From contig CM022667.1 in assembly GCA_012295275.1 (NCBI GenBank), forward strand, positions 22,134,001 to 22,198,000: DNA of 64,000 nt, given 5' to 3'. The position numbers and the translations under genes were made by a program. Positions 10,501 to 23,928 of the stretch are shown here, in pieces; the stretch's first letter is position 1, and each line of letters opens with the position of its first letter. This DNA is from Chrysomallon squamiferum (lineage: Eukaryota > Animalia > Mollusca). The notes under the pieces were generated by a model, which was not told the origin of the DNA, ran no database searches, and worked only from the letters and a program-made list of their open reading frames with translations.

Positions 10501-12884
10501 GTAATTCTCCTCCATTTCCTTCCCAGCTCTAACAGTATCAAAATACACAATTTTTTCCTAGTTGTTTGTATTAGAAGTACCAGAAGCAGTAGTAGTAATA
10601 GTAGTAAGAATAGTTATAGAAGTAGTAGTAGGAGCAGTAGGAGCAGCACCAGTTTTAGTACTAGTATAGTAGCGGTAATGAAGTCATAATATCAAAAGTA
10701 TCAATAGTAGCAGTAGTAGGAACAGTAGCAGCTACAATTGTAGCAGGGTAACAAAATATGAATGTAATTTATCCAAAACTATTGTTCTAACATGACACAG
10801 AAAGGCACTTACTCACTATGTACAGCTGTTTTTGTCAGATATGTATAATCAAACCTGAGCCACAATATCAGTCACATCTAATTACCATAAAATAATAAAT
10901 CAATAATAAAATATGGTTTTTGCTTACAAATTACGGCAGGACACGCAAATAAATCGTGGCAGACATAAAACCAAAATCGTCCTTGCAGTATGAAAAGTAT
11001 TCATGTGGAATGTACGCTTATCGAATGTCCATTCAAAGCGAGGTCTCTTTATCTGAGGCAGTAATTCCCTTCCACAATAACAGACAAAATTAAATTCCAT
11101 TCAAACCGAATCACAGTTGACAACAAAGCCATTCCTTTTGTATATTTGTTCACAGTTGCTTTAACAGCATTTGCAAGTAAGTACATTCCCAACAAATGGC
11201 CAGTGTCCGCACACAATTATAGTCACAACCGTCTGCAGAATCGAAGCAGAGACAAGAGCAAACGCGAAAAGCAATAACACACAATGTGCTTATTAAATAA
11301 CTCTGTCCATCACTTTTTGTCTACATACCAGTGGCCCATCATTTATGAATGTGCGTAAAGCTAAAATGGAACAGTGTTGTGTTACGACTAATAGGTACAT
11401 TAAAATATACATAACATAGTACAGATCAGACAAAAGATAGCAACTTAATCTTTAAGTCAAACACGAAGCGATTATCGATTTTTAAGCAGTACTAAAATAA
11501 TAACGTATTGCATATTTATTAATTTTATTAATATAGATTATGCAGTAAATATCCGGTTCAGTATGTAAGTAGTAAAGTCGCAATATTTGAGAATACATTA
11601 TCTCGTTCTCACTCACACATTCACACTCACATACATACACATTTATATGTAAAAAAACAACAACATACATCCCCAAACACACATTCTCTCTCCCTCCATC
11701 TCTCTTACTGACATGTACCATACACACAGAGACAGTAACCTCTGTTACCATCCTTGCTGCTATACATCCAGTAATAACCAGATTTACATCTCTGTTTCGT
11801 TCTCAGATGTGTGCATTAATCACGTAACATTCGCCCTAGTTCAGTCCACCGTTCTGGTGGTTTCTCTGGTTATTATCTTTCTATCAATCAGTTAGTTGGT
11901 AGTGATAATGAACAAATATGTTATGAGACATACGTGATTTACGAACTCAGTAATAATGAATCAGGATCCGCTAACCTGGGCCCCGCTTGTCACCAGTAAC
12001 GTCCCGAAGTGTTGGAATCCGAAGCTTTTCGGTAGTTGAATAGTAAATATACACATACAGAGTCAGAGAATGCATATTCATATAACCTTATTTCCCGATT
12101 TTTCGTCTGCCACTATCTACTGGTTTAATTATACCTCTTACGGGGTAGTTCCTGTCTGAAATAGCTGGTTTATAAAACGTTGCTGAATGCAATTCCTCTG
12201 GGAGGGTGCATATAAAAACAAGTTACTGCTGTTAATCGATACACAACTGAGTTTTGCAGCATGCTTTATTTCTCTCTTTTTTTTGAAATAATTATTTTAA
12301 ATAAAAGTAACAGACAGACAAACAAATAGATAAATGAACTGTTCTGTGAGTTTATTTTATTTCCCAACCACCCCTAGAAATAACATATCAGAAACAAAAT
12401 TGTACCCAACAACTTCGGGGAAACTCTTATGACGTCACAACAACGAGGTTACTGGGAAGCAGGAGACCGACAGAAATACAGAAAAAATTCAGTTATTATT
12501 TTCTTAAATGGTACTATTTAAATGTTTTCTTCTTACAAATCTATTTTGATTCGTAAATGACAAGAACGCATTAGTAATATACGCAGAATATTTTACTTCT
12601 ATTTCCGATAGAAATAATAAATATAAACTAAAGTGTATATAGCCGCGTAACGTCGTTCCCATAAAAGACGGACAGGCAGGATGCCAAGTTTTAAACAAAG
12701 ATACACGTATTTTATCTGTGTTTTGAGGCACATCCGATTGTGTGCTTATGATAAGGTATATAATATATACATGTATATATACACAGTCATACACATACAC
12801 ACAGACGCACATATAAACACAAACATATATATATAATTATATACATATATACCACGACAGACAGATAGATAGACAGATGTACAA

Positions 12885-13161
12885 ACATTTTAATTGTTGT
12901 TTACGTGTATTCCACATTGTAAATCGGTTTGAATCTTCACTTCAGAATGTACGCTAGAGTGAAGAAATGTAATTCACAGGACAGGAATACTTAAAATAGA
13001 ACATCAGATGTTCCATTAAGCATTTCTGGCATGCGAATATTTACACAGCATGACAGCGGTGAAAAACACCCACAAAAACTGGTTAAGCCTGTTCTGACCT
13101 TAAATATGAAGATTCAAACCTATTTACAATGTGGAATACACGTAAACAATAGTTAAAATGT
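12885..13161. repeat. ~55-bp inverted repeat (12885-12939 / 13107-13161), foldback/MITE-like
   Basis: TGTTTACGTGTATTCCACATTGTAAATCGGTTTGAATCTTCA vs TGAAGATTCAAACCTATTTACAATGTGGAATACACGTAAACA; the flanking GATA/GACA and TATC/TGTC tracts are also mirrored. Confidence 0.85.
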
Positions 13162-14918
13162 ACATACTTCTATCTGAGCTATCTATCTTGCTATATGTGT
13201 TTCTGTCAGTCTGTCTGTTTGTCTCTCTGTCCATATGTATAACAACAACAAAATAATGTATGTGTAACTAAGTGAATGTGGTTAATGAGTATTAGTAACA
13301 ACACAAAATACTACCGAATGCCTTCACCATTACGAACTGCAAAAACAAAACAATAACATAAAAAACAAAACCGACATAAGTGTATCACTCTAACCATCTA
13401 CAAAATAAGAAGTGTGAATCACAGACCATCAAATTATTGAAACACACCAGATACCTCGAAATCTGAATGCAGTGTAAATATTTTCAGATATACAACGCAT
13501 AACAAATAATATCATTTATTGAATTCATTGAAGAGAAGAAGAAGATGGTCTACAGTACCCACGTGCCGCATGACATTAAATATTTAATCTTAAAACTCGT
13601 ACAATATATTTGAGTTGCGGTGCATCATTTAGCAGCACTGCTGGATAATTCAGTAGACTGGTCTCATTTAAAAGAAAGCTACACATAAAGGAAATAAAAA
13701 AATATATATATAACTATATATAATAATAATAATAATACGGTCGTTATATTACAGGAGTGAAATCATTGGATGTATAATTTAAACGATTTCTGGGGCTTTT
13801 ATATGACTGTTGTATTATTGTTTTAATTGTTAAATCACAGTATAATTTTGAATACATATATTAAAAGAAATCAAAAACATCACTGATTATCTCCAATATG
13901 TATTAAAGTTCTAATGAATAATTTATGTTGAATGATAAAACTGATTTTATATATATCAAATAAGATTTTAATAAAATATGATTAAAACATTTTGTCCTGA
14001 AAAGAAATTATTGAACAAAGCAAGAAAAAAGATTCTTACCTTTATTGCATTTCTGCTATAGAAGGAACAATAAGTAATAACAGTGGACACTTGCACGCCT
14101 TATCAGTGGATTGCTGCATCCATACGACGTTTATCCCATTTCACAACATAATAGTTTGTTTTATTATTATTATTATTATTATTATTATCTGATTTATCAT
14201 ATTAAATACTGATTTAACAGCTAACGTGGTCTAAATGAAAATATCACAGTTCGTGGGCGTTCACAAACTGAGCTTTAATTTACTGTAATTATTTCATTTC
14301 ATGCTTACACCGGCAAACTATGTCCTCTTCAAATATGTAAAACATTTCGTTCAAGATCACATTCCACTGTTACAATACAAATCTCTGTTAACGTAAAACT
14401 GAACTGGTGCGTTGAATTTGGTTAACATAATTCTACACCCCTTTTCTGTATATTAAAAAACGACTTTGTCTTTTGAAAGCAAGCAGAATTTTCTAGAAGA
14501 TGACTCATACAGTGAGATATTTAAACAAACATATTTTATTACAAGAACAATCATGAACTTTACTGCTTACAGTGACTAAAAACAAGGTGACGTACACTTT
14601 GTTAACAGGAGCTAGTAAATGACACAAATACTGCTTATCATTTTCCTGTTTCTAATTTAAACAGAGTATAGGCAATGAAACCAAAATGTTCGATATGCTT
14701 CGCAGATCCTGTGATACAGTCAGCTGTTAAAACGGGATTACGAAAATCAATACAGAGTAAAAATGCTTCTTTTTAAACACTTTTGCAACCAGTAAATAAA
14801 ATTTAAAAAATAATAAAGTAATAAATATATATATAAGAATCCCGAAAATAAGATTATCCAAAAGTCAAGACTTAATCAATAACTGACCAAAAAAAATATA
14901 ATAATAATAATAAATAAA

Positions 14919-14949
<31 letters not shown>

Positions 14950-15725
14950 TAATAATAAAATATATACATAAATAAAATAAATAAATAAAAAATAAACAAA
15001 TAAAAATGAACTTTAAATTACAAAAGGCGGAATTTGCACTTCAGATAATTTTTTATATGTTATCGATTGTTCTGTGTTCCCCCCCCCAGTCATTTCTAAA
15101 CGTGTTTTAATGTAACGTGTGTCCGTTTTCCAGTGGATCGATCTTTTGCAGAACGTAAACATCTTCCAACACAGCTATCTAGAGAGATACAGTACAATGG
15201 TTTTCCGAGAGCAGTCAGTTGTGTTCAAAATGTCGTTCTTCAAAATTTAATTTTTTTTTTTTTTTTTTATTAAGTGTTTTTTTTTGTTGTTTTTTTCTCT
15301 TGTAATGGAATCTGGGCGTTATTATGAAACAGTACAAGGACGTCCGCTTTACTTTTACGAACTAAAAAAAAATAAAATAAAATAATAGTAATAAACATAA
15401 TAAATAAATAAATAAATAAATAATAGTGGAGAAAAACAAATGATCGAAAATAAACATAATAACTTGTTGACAAAATCATATATTACTGTAGCACGACAAG
15501 ATGACAAGAGACCGCTCAAGAAGATATTTACTTACCGAACTAATTCATTTTATATTGTAGGTGAAAATTCATCTCAATCTAAAGCAAACCATTTTTCGCT
15601 CAGTCCTTGAATGGAAAACTCCGGTTACAAAAAATCATGTTTATGCCGAACAGAAAAATAGAAACGTAAAAATAGAAACGAATTTAATTATTTAAAAAAG
15701 AAAGAAAGAATGAAAGAAAAAGATG

Positions 15726-16693
15726 TGTGTGTATTTGTGTTTGTGTAATTAGATCAAATACATTATAATGATACACACAAACACACACCTACGTATAAAT
15801 AAATAAATAAATAAATAAATAATGAATCAATGAATATTAATAACACTATTGCACTTTTTAAATTCTATTAGAATGCATTGATAATGAGGAAAACTAAGAA
15901 ATGGTTATATAACGTAAAAATAAATAACTAAACACGTGGTAAAAATGTTGAAATTTAGCATTTCGATTCTATTACATAAGAAATTCTAGGCATCAGTATT
16001 TGTTATTTCCTTTTGTAAGTTATGTATTTATTTTTTTACTTTTATTTTTTTGAAGTAAAGAAAAGAAGCAAATGTATTTATGCTTTTTTTATTCAGATGT
16101 GTTAAACTGACTTTGCATAAACCACAAGAAGAACATCTGTAATTTTGTATTTGTTTTATACACCAGTAAATTAAGCATTTTCATTCCTTAACACTGTTTG
16201 ATATTTTTCATTAAGCAACTTTAAAGAAATATTAATTTGTCTCCAGCATGTGGTATGAATTAAAAACAACATTCTATATCACAATACAGGTTTTTTCTAA
16301 ACTGCAAAATTTTTGTTATTATATTTAAATGTTATTTGTTCCAATATTTTAATACACGATGAGTCATTACACAAATACGTGGCAGCTAGTTTTCAATTTA
16401 AGTAAACAAATTATAAGTGTTTATATTTTCAACTTTTTCCTTTTTCCTCTACATTCTTTTTTTAATTTAGTAAAAATAAATTAAAAGAAACAAAAAAAAA
16501 AATAAAGATCGTTTTCATCGATGTTATTACTTATAATTTATTTATTTCTGAAACAGTCTTCATTCTGTACACTGACATTTTTTTTTTACCTGTTTCATTG
16601 TTATTCTAATTTTTGCGTGTGTATGTGTGTATTTGTGTTTGTGTAATTAGATCAAATACATTATAATGATACACACAAACACACACCTACGTA
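15726..16693 (+). repeat. 70-bp direct repeat (15726-15795 and 16624-16693)
   Basis: Identical TGTGTGTATTTGTGTTTGTGTAATTAGATCAAATACATTATAATGATACACACAAACACACACCTACGTA. Confidence 0.85.
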
Positions 16694-18506
16694 CAAAGAA
16701 ACATACATCCTTACAATCATGCATACATACATGTAACGGAAACTTATTAGTACCTCTTTGCCAGATTTGTTTTTAACTGTAATTTTGTTTTCTATGTAGT
16801 GAATTATAGAATATTCAGAAAATCTTTATTTTTATATGCCTATTAAAGCAGAATATCCGCTACCTATTATCTTAAATATCTTATATTAGGGTAATATTTA
16901 TTTATTTATATATTTAAATATCTTGTATAATCATGTTTACAATTAATATTTTTACAGTTCTTAACTGTTTACCTAATTAATGATAGAAAACAGGGGGAAT
17001 ACACAAACACTAAATAGCAGAGCGTATGCAGACGTACATTGGCAATTTAGAAGCTGTTTTATATAATTAGGGGAAGTTCCGTTACGTAATAAACTAAGAA
17101 ACACTGGGGTTTAACAAACTCAAAATTGGCATTAAAAGCTGCAAAGTAAATTCAGAAAGGCTGTAGACTGAACACCCGAGCGATGGGTACACAAGTAGCT
17201 TTTTAACGAGATCTCTTTGGTCAGTAACCTACCTTATTGAGAGATGTGTTCTGACGGTCGTCTGCACAAGACAAATGAAAACGCAGACAATGATAATTAT
17301 GTTTTAATGTTTTTTGTATATGTAACATAATCTTGAATGATTTAAGATAGCTAAATCTATTACTGTTGAATTTTTATGGTGTTATTCTGTGGTCCGTACT
17401 TACGCTTAAAAACTAAGATAACATATTTTAATAATTAAAAGATTATTTAGAAAGATCAAGTAACCAACTGGGCTGAATTAGTTTTGTATTATTTATCAAC
17501 GCTATTTACTGATTTAGTACTTTAAGCTGTCACGTGATGCTATTATAGTCTGCTACCCTTTAGACGAGACGAGCCAAATTTTAGGTAGTAATACTACTCA
17601 GACTAGTCACCATGACAATACATAAGTACATATATACATACACGCACACATACATATATGTACATACACACACACACACAAATATATGTACATACAAACA
17701 AACACACACAAATATATTCATAACATACATACGCACGTTCGAACATAGAGATGAACAGAACAATAATTGTATTTAAATGGTCAGACTAGCTGAGATAAAT
17801 GGATTATTTGTAACACTCTTTATATCAAACATGTGGATTTTGTTTTCCATTCTAAATAAATGAATTCTGCACATTAAATAAGTGAATATTTCCATTTTTC
17901 TAGAAAAATGTGTAGTAAAAAAAATAATAATAATTAAAAAATGCGAAGACAAAACAAATTATATTACCAGAGACACAACCAGAACAGTAAGGACGGGTGG
18001 CCTTAAAGATATCAATATCGTAATAGTAATAATAAATAACTTGTGTAACTTAAATTACTTTAGAACGTTTACGTAGAGAAAACAAAATTAGATAGGCTTT
18101 TTGGTCATAAGAAGCTGTCTGTTATTTTGTCATGATAGATACGAGTATAGTGAAACCCAGCCGTCAGCCGTGACCACGCAGCCTTCATTTGACCGCTGCA
18201 AAACAAGTTCATTCTACAAGTTCATTCTAGAACATAGTGATCTAGTACTAGTAGTTTTAATCAGCGTCTAAATGTAAGAGTCAAGGACGCCGGTAAAAAA
18301 TAATTTTACCTTTGTTACTCATCACAAAAGTTATCTCGCTCACACATACACCTAGTTATTTTTAAGCCTGGGAGAAAAAGAAATAAAGTGAGAAACATTG
18401 TTGTCGTTTTGCTTTATGGCAGTATCCACTTACAGTCAGACTTACAAACAAACAAAAACATGTTTGATCTGAAGTGTTTGCTGATTTCATTCTTCGTCTT
18501 CTTTTT

Positions 18507-18538
<32 letters not shown>

Positions 18539-21479
18539 TATATATTTTTTTTGTTAGAATGCAAGACCTCTTAATAAACCAGTGGCCTGATTGGTAACAT
18601 GTTTACATATCCACGCCCATGTCAGTGAGTTCACTTCGTTTCAGATTTCAATTAGCAAGACACTTTGCAGATTAAACACAGTCACAGCGCAGTTCAGTGT
18701 TTGGACAGGACCACCAGAAGTGGCGAGACAGGAAGTATAAGAGATTGTCCGACTTACAATAATGTTTATTAGGTTATTTCTTTATTTATAAATATATTAT
18801 TAGAGGTGGTACTAGCAGCAGTTGTTGTATTAGCAGTAGTATTTATTTACAATCTTTATTCACATGCACCACCCCTATACCTACAAACATAAATCCTCGC
18901 GGCCGGGCATTGCCACAGAAAGCATCATGGCTTTCTTCTAACACAGTTGCAAAAATATCGAGTGCACTTATGGATAAAAAAACTTATAATAAGCCAATTT
19001 TTCATTTGAAACCGAAATAGATCTTTGATTAGAGCCAGTTGCACAAAAAAAATAAAATAAAAATAAAAATAAATAAATTGTAGAAGCAGAACAAAAAATT
19101 CGACTAGGACGCGGTATATAAAAACATAAATATGAAAGGAATAATGTTGAATTATCAAAATTATATACCAAAAGAGTTGAACTCGTACTTTTTGGCCGGC
19201 AAGCATTTAGAAATCGCAATGATTAAACAAAACAAACACCCTGCATGCACAGTGAAATGCGGAAATGACCGACGCCATCTTTAAAAATATTGTATAAAAA
19301 GCTGCCGTACATCAATAAAAGTATTTATTTTGGAGAAACAAAGCCAAATTGGTATGACTGTCCGCTTTAGCAGTTGAATAATGATTTTAAAAATGATGAC
19401 CGTGTCCATGTTCAGTAAGTGTCCGCCAATCTCAATATCCAGTGAAAAACATGGGATTCGGAAAAGTGTCCGTACATCGCAGTTGTTCGCTCATCTAGGG
19501 GCCCGCTAAAGACAAGTACCACTGCATTTCATTTTTCATATTTGTTCCCATTACACATTAGTTCAGCTCCATTTCCATTAATATCATTTAATATAATACA
19601 CACACGTGTAAATAGTGTTTCATTTTATCACTAACGTAAAATGATTCGAATTCCTTCTGATAGCAGTCATAAAAACACTTGGCAACAAGTAGGAAGATCT
19701 ACAGAGTAGGGCGGTGGTAGACGGTGTCAACAAATGAAATCTACTGCTCTATCGGATTATTTATAACAATTTATGATTCAGGTATATTGCCTTTCTTGGC
19801 ACAGATTCAATATAAAAGCCGTGAACAAACAGAGCCGCAGGACGTCTTGGTGCGCTGAGTGCAAAAACATGGTCCCATGACCAGCAACAATAGCGGCTCG
19901 CCTATGGCTTTGTGTAAAATTCGGCCCTGAGAAAATTCGTACACACTTATTAAAGTAAATAACAAAGAACTCTCTTCATTTAGAACAGCGGGAAAGTTAT
20001 TCTCTATAATCGTTGGTTTCAACTCGATCGCACAGACTGAATTTTAATTTTGTTAGTCCATCTAATGACATGTTTTTCATTCTAAAGAGCTTGCATTTGT
20101 TCTTCTAATTTGACATCCATCTTGACACATGGGGCAAATTTCTTTTCAGTTTTATTACACACAGTCCGTGGGGTATGTTCCTAAAACTGGCAGTTTCCAG
20201 ATTATGTCATCGGTGAGGTGTTATAATCCGCTTCCAGAAATGGGAAAACTGGCGTGAGCAATTAAGGCCAATTTAGAGGCATGAAGAACAGAGGGGGCGA
20301 TTAACGAGATTAACTTTAATGAGCAGTGAAGAGGAGAGGTGAGCCTGAATAGAGGTTGCAAGAAAATTAATGTTTGGAGACAAATTAATGTTGTATCTCA
20401 GTAATATTGTAATATACCAATTTAGATATGTGGGGTTAACAAGATCACTTAAGAGATGTATAAAATTTGGAGACAGGAAATACTACCTATATAAATACTG
20501 TACCCAGTTCGTATAATTCCCATTCGTAGAAAAAGCTCGACTACTGCAATACCTGATTACCTCTGTTTATAATGAACTTAGCCTTTACATACATCTGGTT
20601 TCTTTCTAACATTCAGAAGCGGAGCGCATTGTTCCTAAATCGATTATGTAACATCATCCGAAAGCAGAAAAGGCGTTCACTACTCATTTGTTGTAGATTT
20701 TTTACTTTTTCATTATTATCATCATCATCTTCCTCCTCCTCGTTATCATCATCATTAACATTATTATTATATTATTACTATTATGATTGTTGTTATTATT
20801 ATTCGTATTCGTATTCTTCTTATTCTTATTCGTATTATTATTATTATTATTATTAAGCTGGGCATTTCTAATTCATAAACATTTCCTTTCCGTTACAAAA
20901 CAACCGACCAATAATAAACAATTTTACATCAGTTTCATCTAATTTCATTAAAAATAAAAGAAAAGAAAAAAAAAAAAAGCGGCACGATGTGTTTTTTGTT
21001 AATTCTCATGTTTGCTTCTGTAAAAGAAAACGACAAAAATATTATTATGACTAACTAATTTTATTCAACAATATAATTTAAAAAAACCAAACATATTTTA
21101 CTTAGAGTAATTCACTTATATTCAGTAAATGGAATATGTGAACGTTGCATTTATCATTAACTGTTCGAATTAAACCATATTCAGTTTAAACATTATCAAT
21201 TTATATGTTACTGAGCATATTTACGTTATGCACACATACATATTCACATTGTGCACATATTATACAATATATGTGGCATAGTATGTTAATAGTAAGTACA
21301 ATAAAGATATTATGACCTGCGAATACTTTGGCTATGACTGAAAAAGTTTATACGAAGGACCAAATCATTGGGAATACTTTTTTAATTATTTACTATTTAC
21401 ATTCACTACATTCGATACATAGAATATTTCCATATTTGTCATATTAACATACTTTATGCGATAAGTGATATCGATACTA

Positions 21480-22129
21480 CAATAATACCTCAGATTAAAG
21501 ATGTAACTGGTTCCAAATTTCCGATAGTTAAGTCAGGTATCGTTAAGCGGGAGACTAATTTACATAGAATTAAGGTTAAAAGTAGTGGTTACTTTCTCGC
21601 TGATGAAATTTGACATAAAAAAAAGAGGTGAAATAAGGAGAAATAAAACGGCAGTTAAGACATAAATGATTTAATAGATTATAGATATTAAGTAAACAGT
21701 AAATCATTTACAAATACATTAAGAAATAATTATATGCCGCTCATTGTGGGTTCATTTTTGTGGGTTTTGGTTTCATTTAAGATAATGTATTTTGTTTATA
21801 AAGTTATTGTCTTCCGTTTCTTTTATCATCAGCATTTGCCGGTATACTGTTATTCGTTTTGACATATTGGAAGGGTAAATTACAAACGAGTTTATGTCTA
21901 AATCGAAGCAGATGAGAAAAGAGAATCAGAATATCAGATGCACGTATGACGTGTCAACTGATCAAAACAGCTGAGAAGCTCGTGAATGAACGAAAACGGA
22001 CTTAAAAACCATGCATTGTATCCATTTGTATCATTTATTTCGAGCAATTAACTATTAAATTTCTATTTATATAATTTGTAAAGAAAAAAAGATCGTTAAA
22101 GCGGGATATCGTTAAGCGAGATGGTACTG
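21480..22129. mobile_element. Older Tigger/pogo-like non-autonomous element
   Basis: Right end ATATCGTTAAGCGAGATGGTACTG+TA; degenerate left end TA+CAATAATACCTCAGATTAAAGATG; sub-terminal ATCGTTAAGCG repeats near 21539, 22092 and 22108. Confidence 0.5.
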
Positions 22130-22372
22130 TATTTATACTATAATAATCGGTTTCCAAATAATCTGGAACAGTTCATTATAATGACTGAGGTAAAAACATG
22201 TACGTCAGTAAGACCTCTGAACCACATTTAGCCTTTCGACGAACTGGGAATTCTACCAGATGGGAGTCAGTGCCCGAACCTTGAATTGGACGTGGGCACG
22301 TAAAAAGAGTTCTCCATACCATACCAGATGGGAGTAAGCCCTGAACAGTCATGATGTTTGATATGTTTGATC

Positions 22373-22531
22373 ATGGCTGCGAAGGGAGAAATTTTGGACG
22401 GCAGAAAACCAGGTGCGGACCTCATACTTGATGGATATAGGTATGCACAGCGGATTAATAACAAGAATGGTACGGTACCATGGAAATGTGTGACTGATTG
22501 TCCTACAAATTGTGGACAAAATACAGTTTAA
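22373..22531 (+). mobile_element. FLYWCH zinc-finger fragment, probable Mutator/MULE transposase remnant
   Basis: 52-aa ORF below the track cutoff: MAAKGEILDGRKPGADLILDGYRYAQRINNKNGTVPWKCVTDCPTNCGQNTV*. It matches the FLYWCH pattern L-x-x-DGYRY...NG...W-x-C...C and is truncated before the His ligands. A 14-bp direct repeat TACCAGATGGGAGT lies at 22254 and 22322. Confidence 0.6.
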
Positions 22532-22878
22532 CAATTAAAGTGACGGAACACCAGTTAGTAAGGGCGAGCAATAAACTGCCAGAAATGGAACAACTGGTGT
22601 GTCCAGTTAAGATGTGTTATAATCTCGGGAATAAACCGTCCGTGGGTCTGGATGCATTAATAGCAGCTTAAGTAACCCGAGATATTACAAATTATTAATG
22701 TTGTATTTTTATCGTTAATTGTTGGTATTATTTTAATTTATAAGGCTTTTTCAAATATAAGTATATATATATTTTCATTTATTAATTTGATTAACTATTC
22801 AAAACATAAAAATAAAATTGTGTTTTACATAAAATGATTACTAAGAAACAATTTTAGAGCAGGATCTCGTCGTTTTCC

Positions 22879-23869
22879 ATGTCTTTAACAAAAACAACTC
22901 TTTGTATTTATACTGACAACCCATGTAAGTAATATCAGTGGGTTTTATGAATGGTGCTACACTGGTTCGTGGCAGATGCAGAGATTATAAAGATAGTTTT
23001 AAGGATAGGCACTAAAGACTGTTCATATTTTCATGTAGGTTTAGGCTGGAATTCTAGATATTTATAAACTGGTTCTCGCAAGTAAGAATGTAATAACTGG
23101 TTATGTATGTTTCCATCCTTGTTATCGAGGGTGTGGTCATACTGAGATGACAAGTTTAAAAACTGAGATTAATGTCCGACATTTTATAGGTGACTGGTCG
23201 GGTCCCCTATGAAGTGAATATTTCAACACGCTAGTTAAATTTGCCATTTAATTCTATATGAAATATTTTTGTGTTTATAGCTTTTGATATAATAAGAATA
23301 GGGAAGAGAAATTAATATGGGAAAAGTCATCATGCTGCTTGGTTGAAAAAATAATACTAACGAGATGAATAACAGTAATAATAGTAGTAACAGTTGCAGT
23401 AAATGAACTAATAAGTAAATAAATAACGATTTTGGCTTTCATCTTCAACCATAGCGGGCTATGAGATCAGTTTGGTAGCTTTAACCCTGATCCACGTGAC
23501 TTTGCGCTAGATCCTGCGGATAAACTGGCAAGAACGGCAGTCGTCATTATTTGTTGCTATAGCTATTCTTGTATGATTCTTTTTCTCACAGAGAATAGAC
23601 ATCCGTTAAATCACACCATGAAAATAAATTTTAGGATCTTTTATATGCGTGTTCACGATTGAACGATGGCCTTCGATATCGCTGACGAAATGTGCTGAAT
23701 AGAACAACCTCCTCCACGCCAAAACCTCACTAACGATTGATTTATGTTTTAATGCGGTTCTGGCTAGCGTTCGTAATTTGTGCCGATTAAAAATGTGTGC
23801 TAACATGACAGTTCTAAATATTAAACAAGATTTTTAACATAATTTGAAGCCCTTCATGTTATATGTGTT

Positions 23870-23928
<59 letters not shown>

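Noticed and set aside
19330-19524. Tigger-like right end with GTCCGC repeats
   Set aside because: No matching left TIR or TSD found; too decayed to delimit.
23039-23537. Selenoprotein reading of the in-frame TGA codons
   Set aside because: An in-frame TAA is also present and no SECIS or redox motif was seen; decay is more parsimonious.
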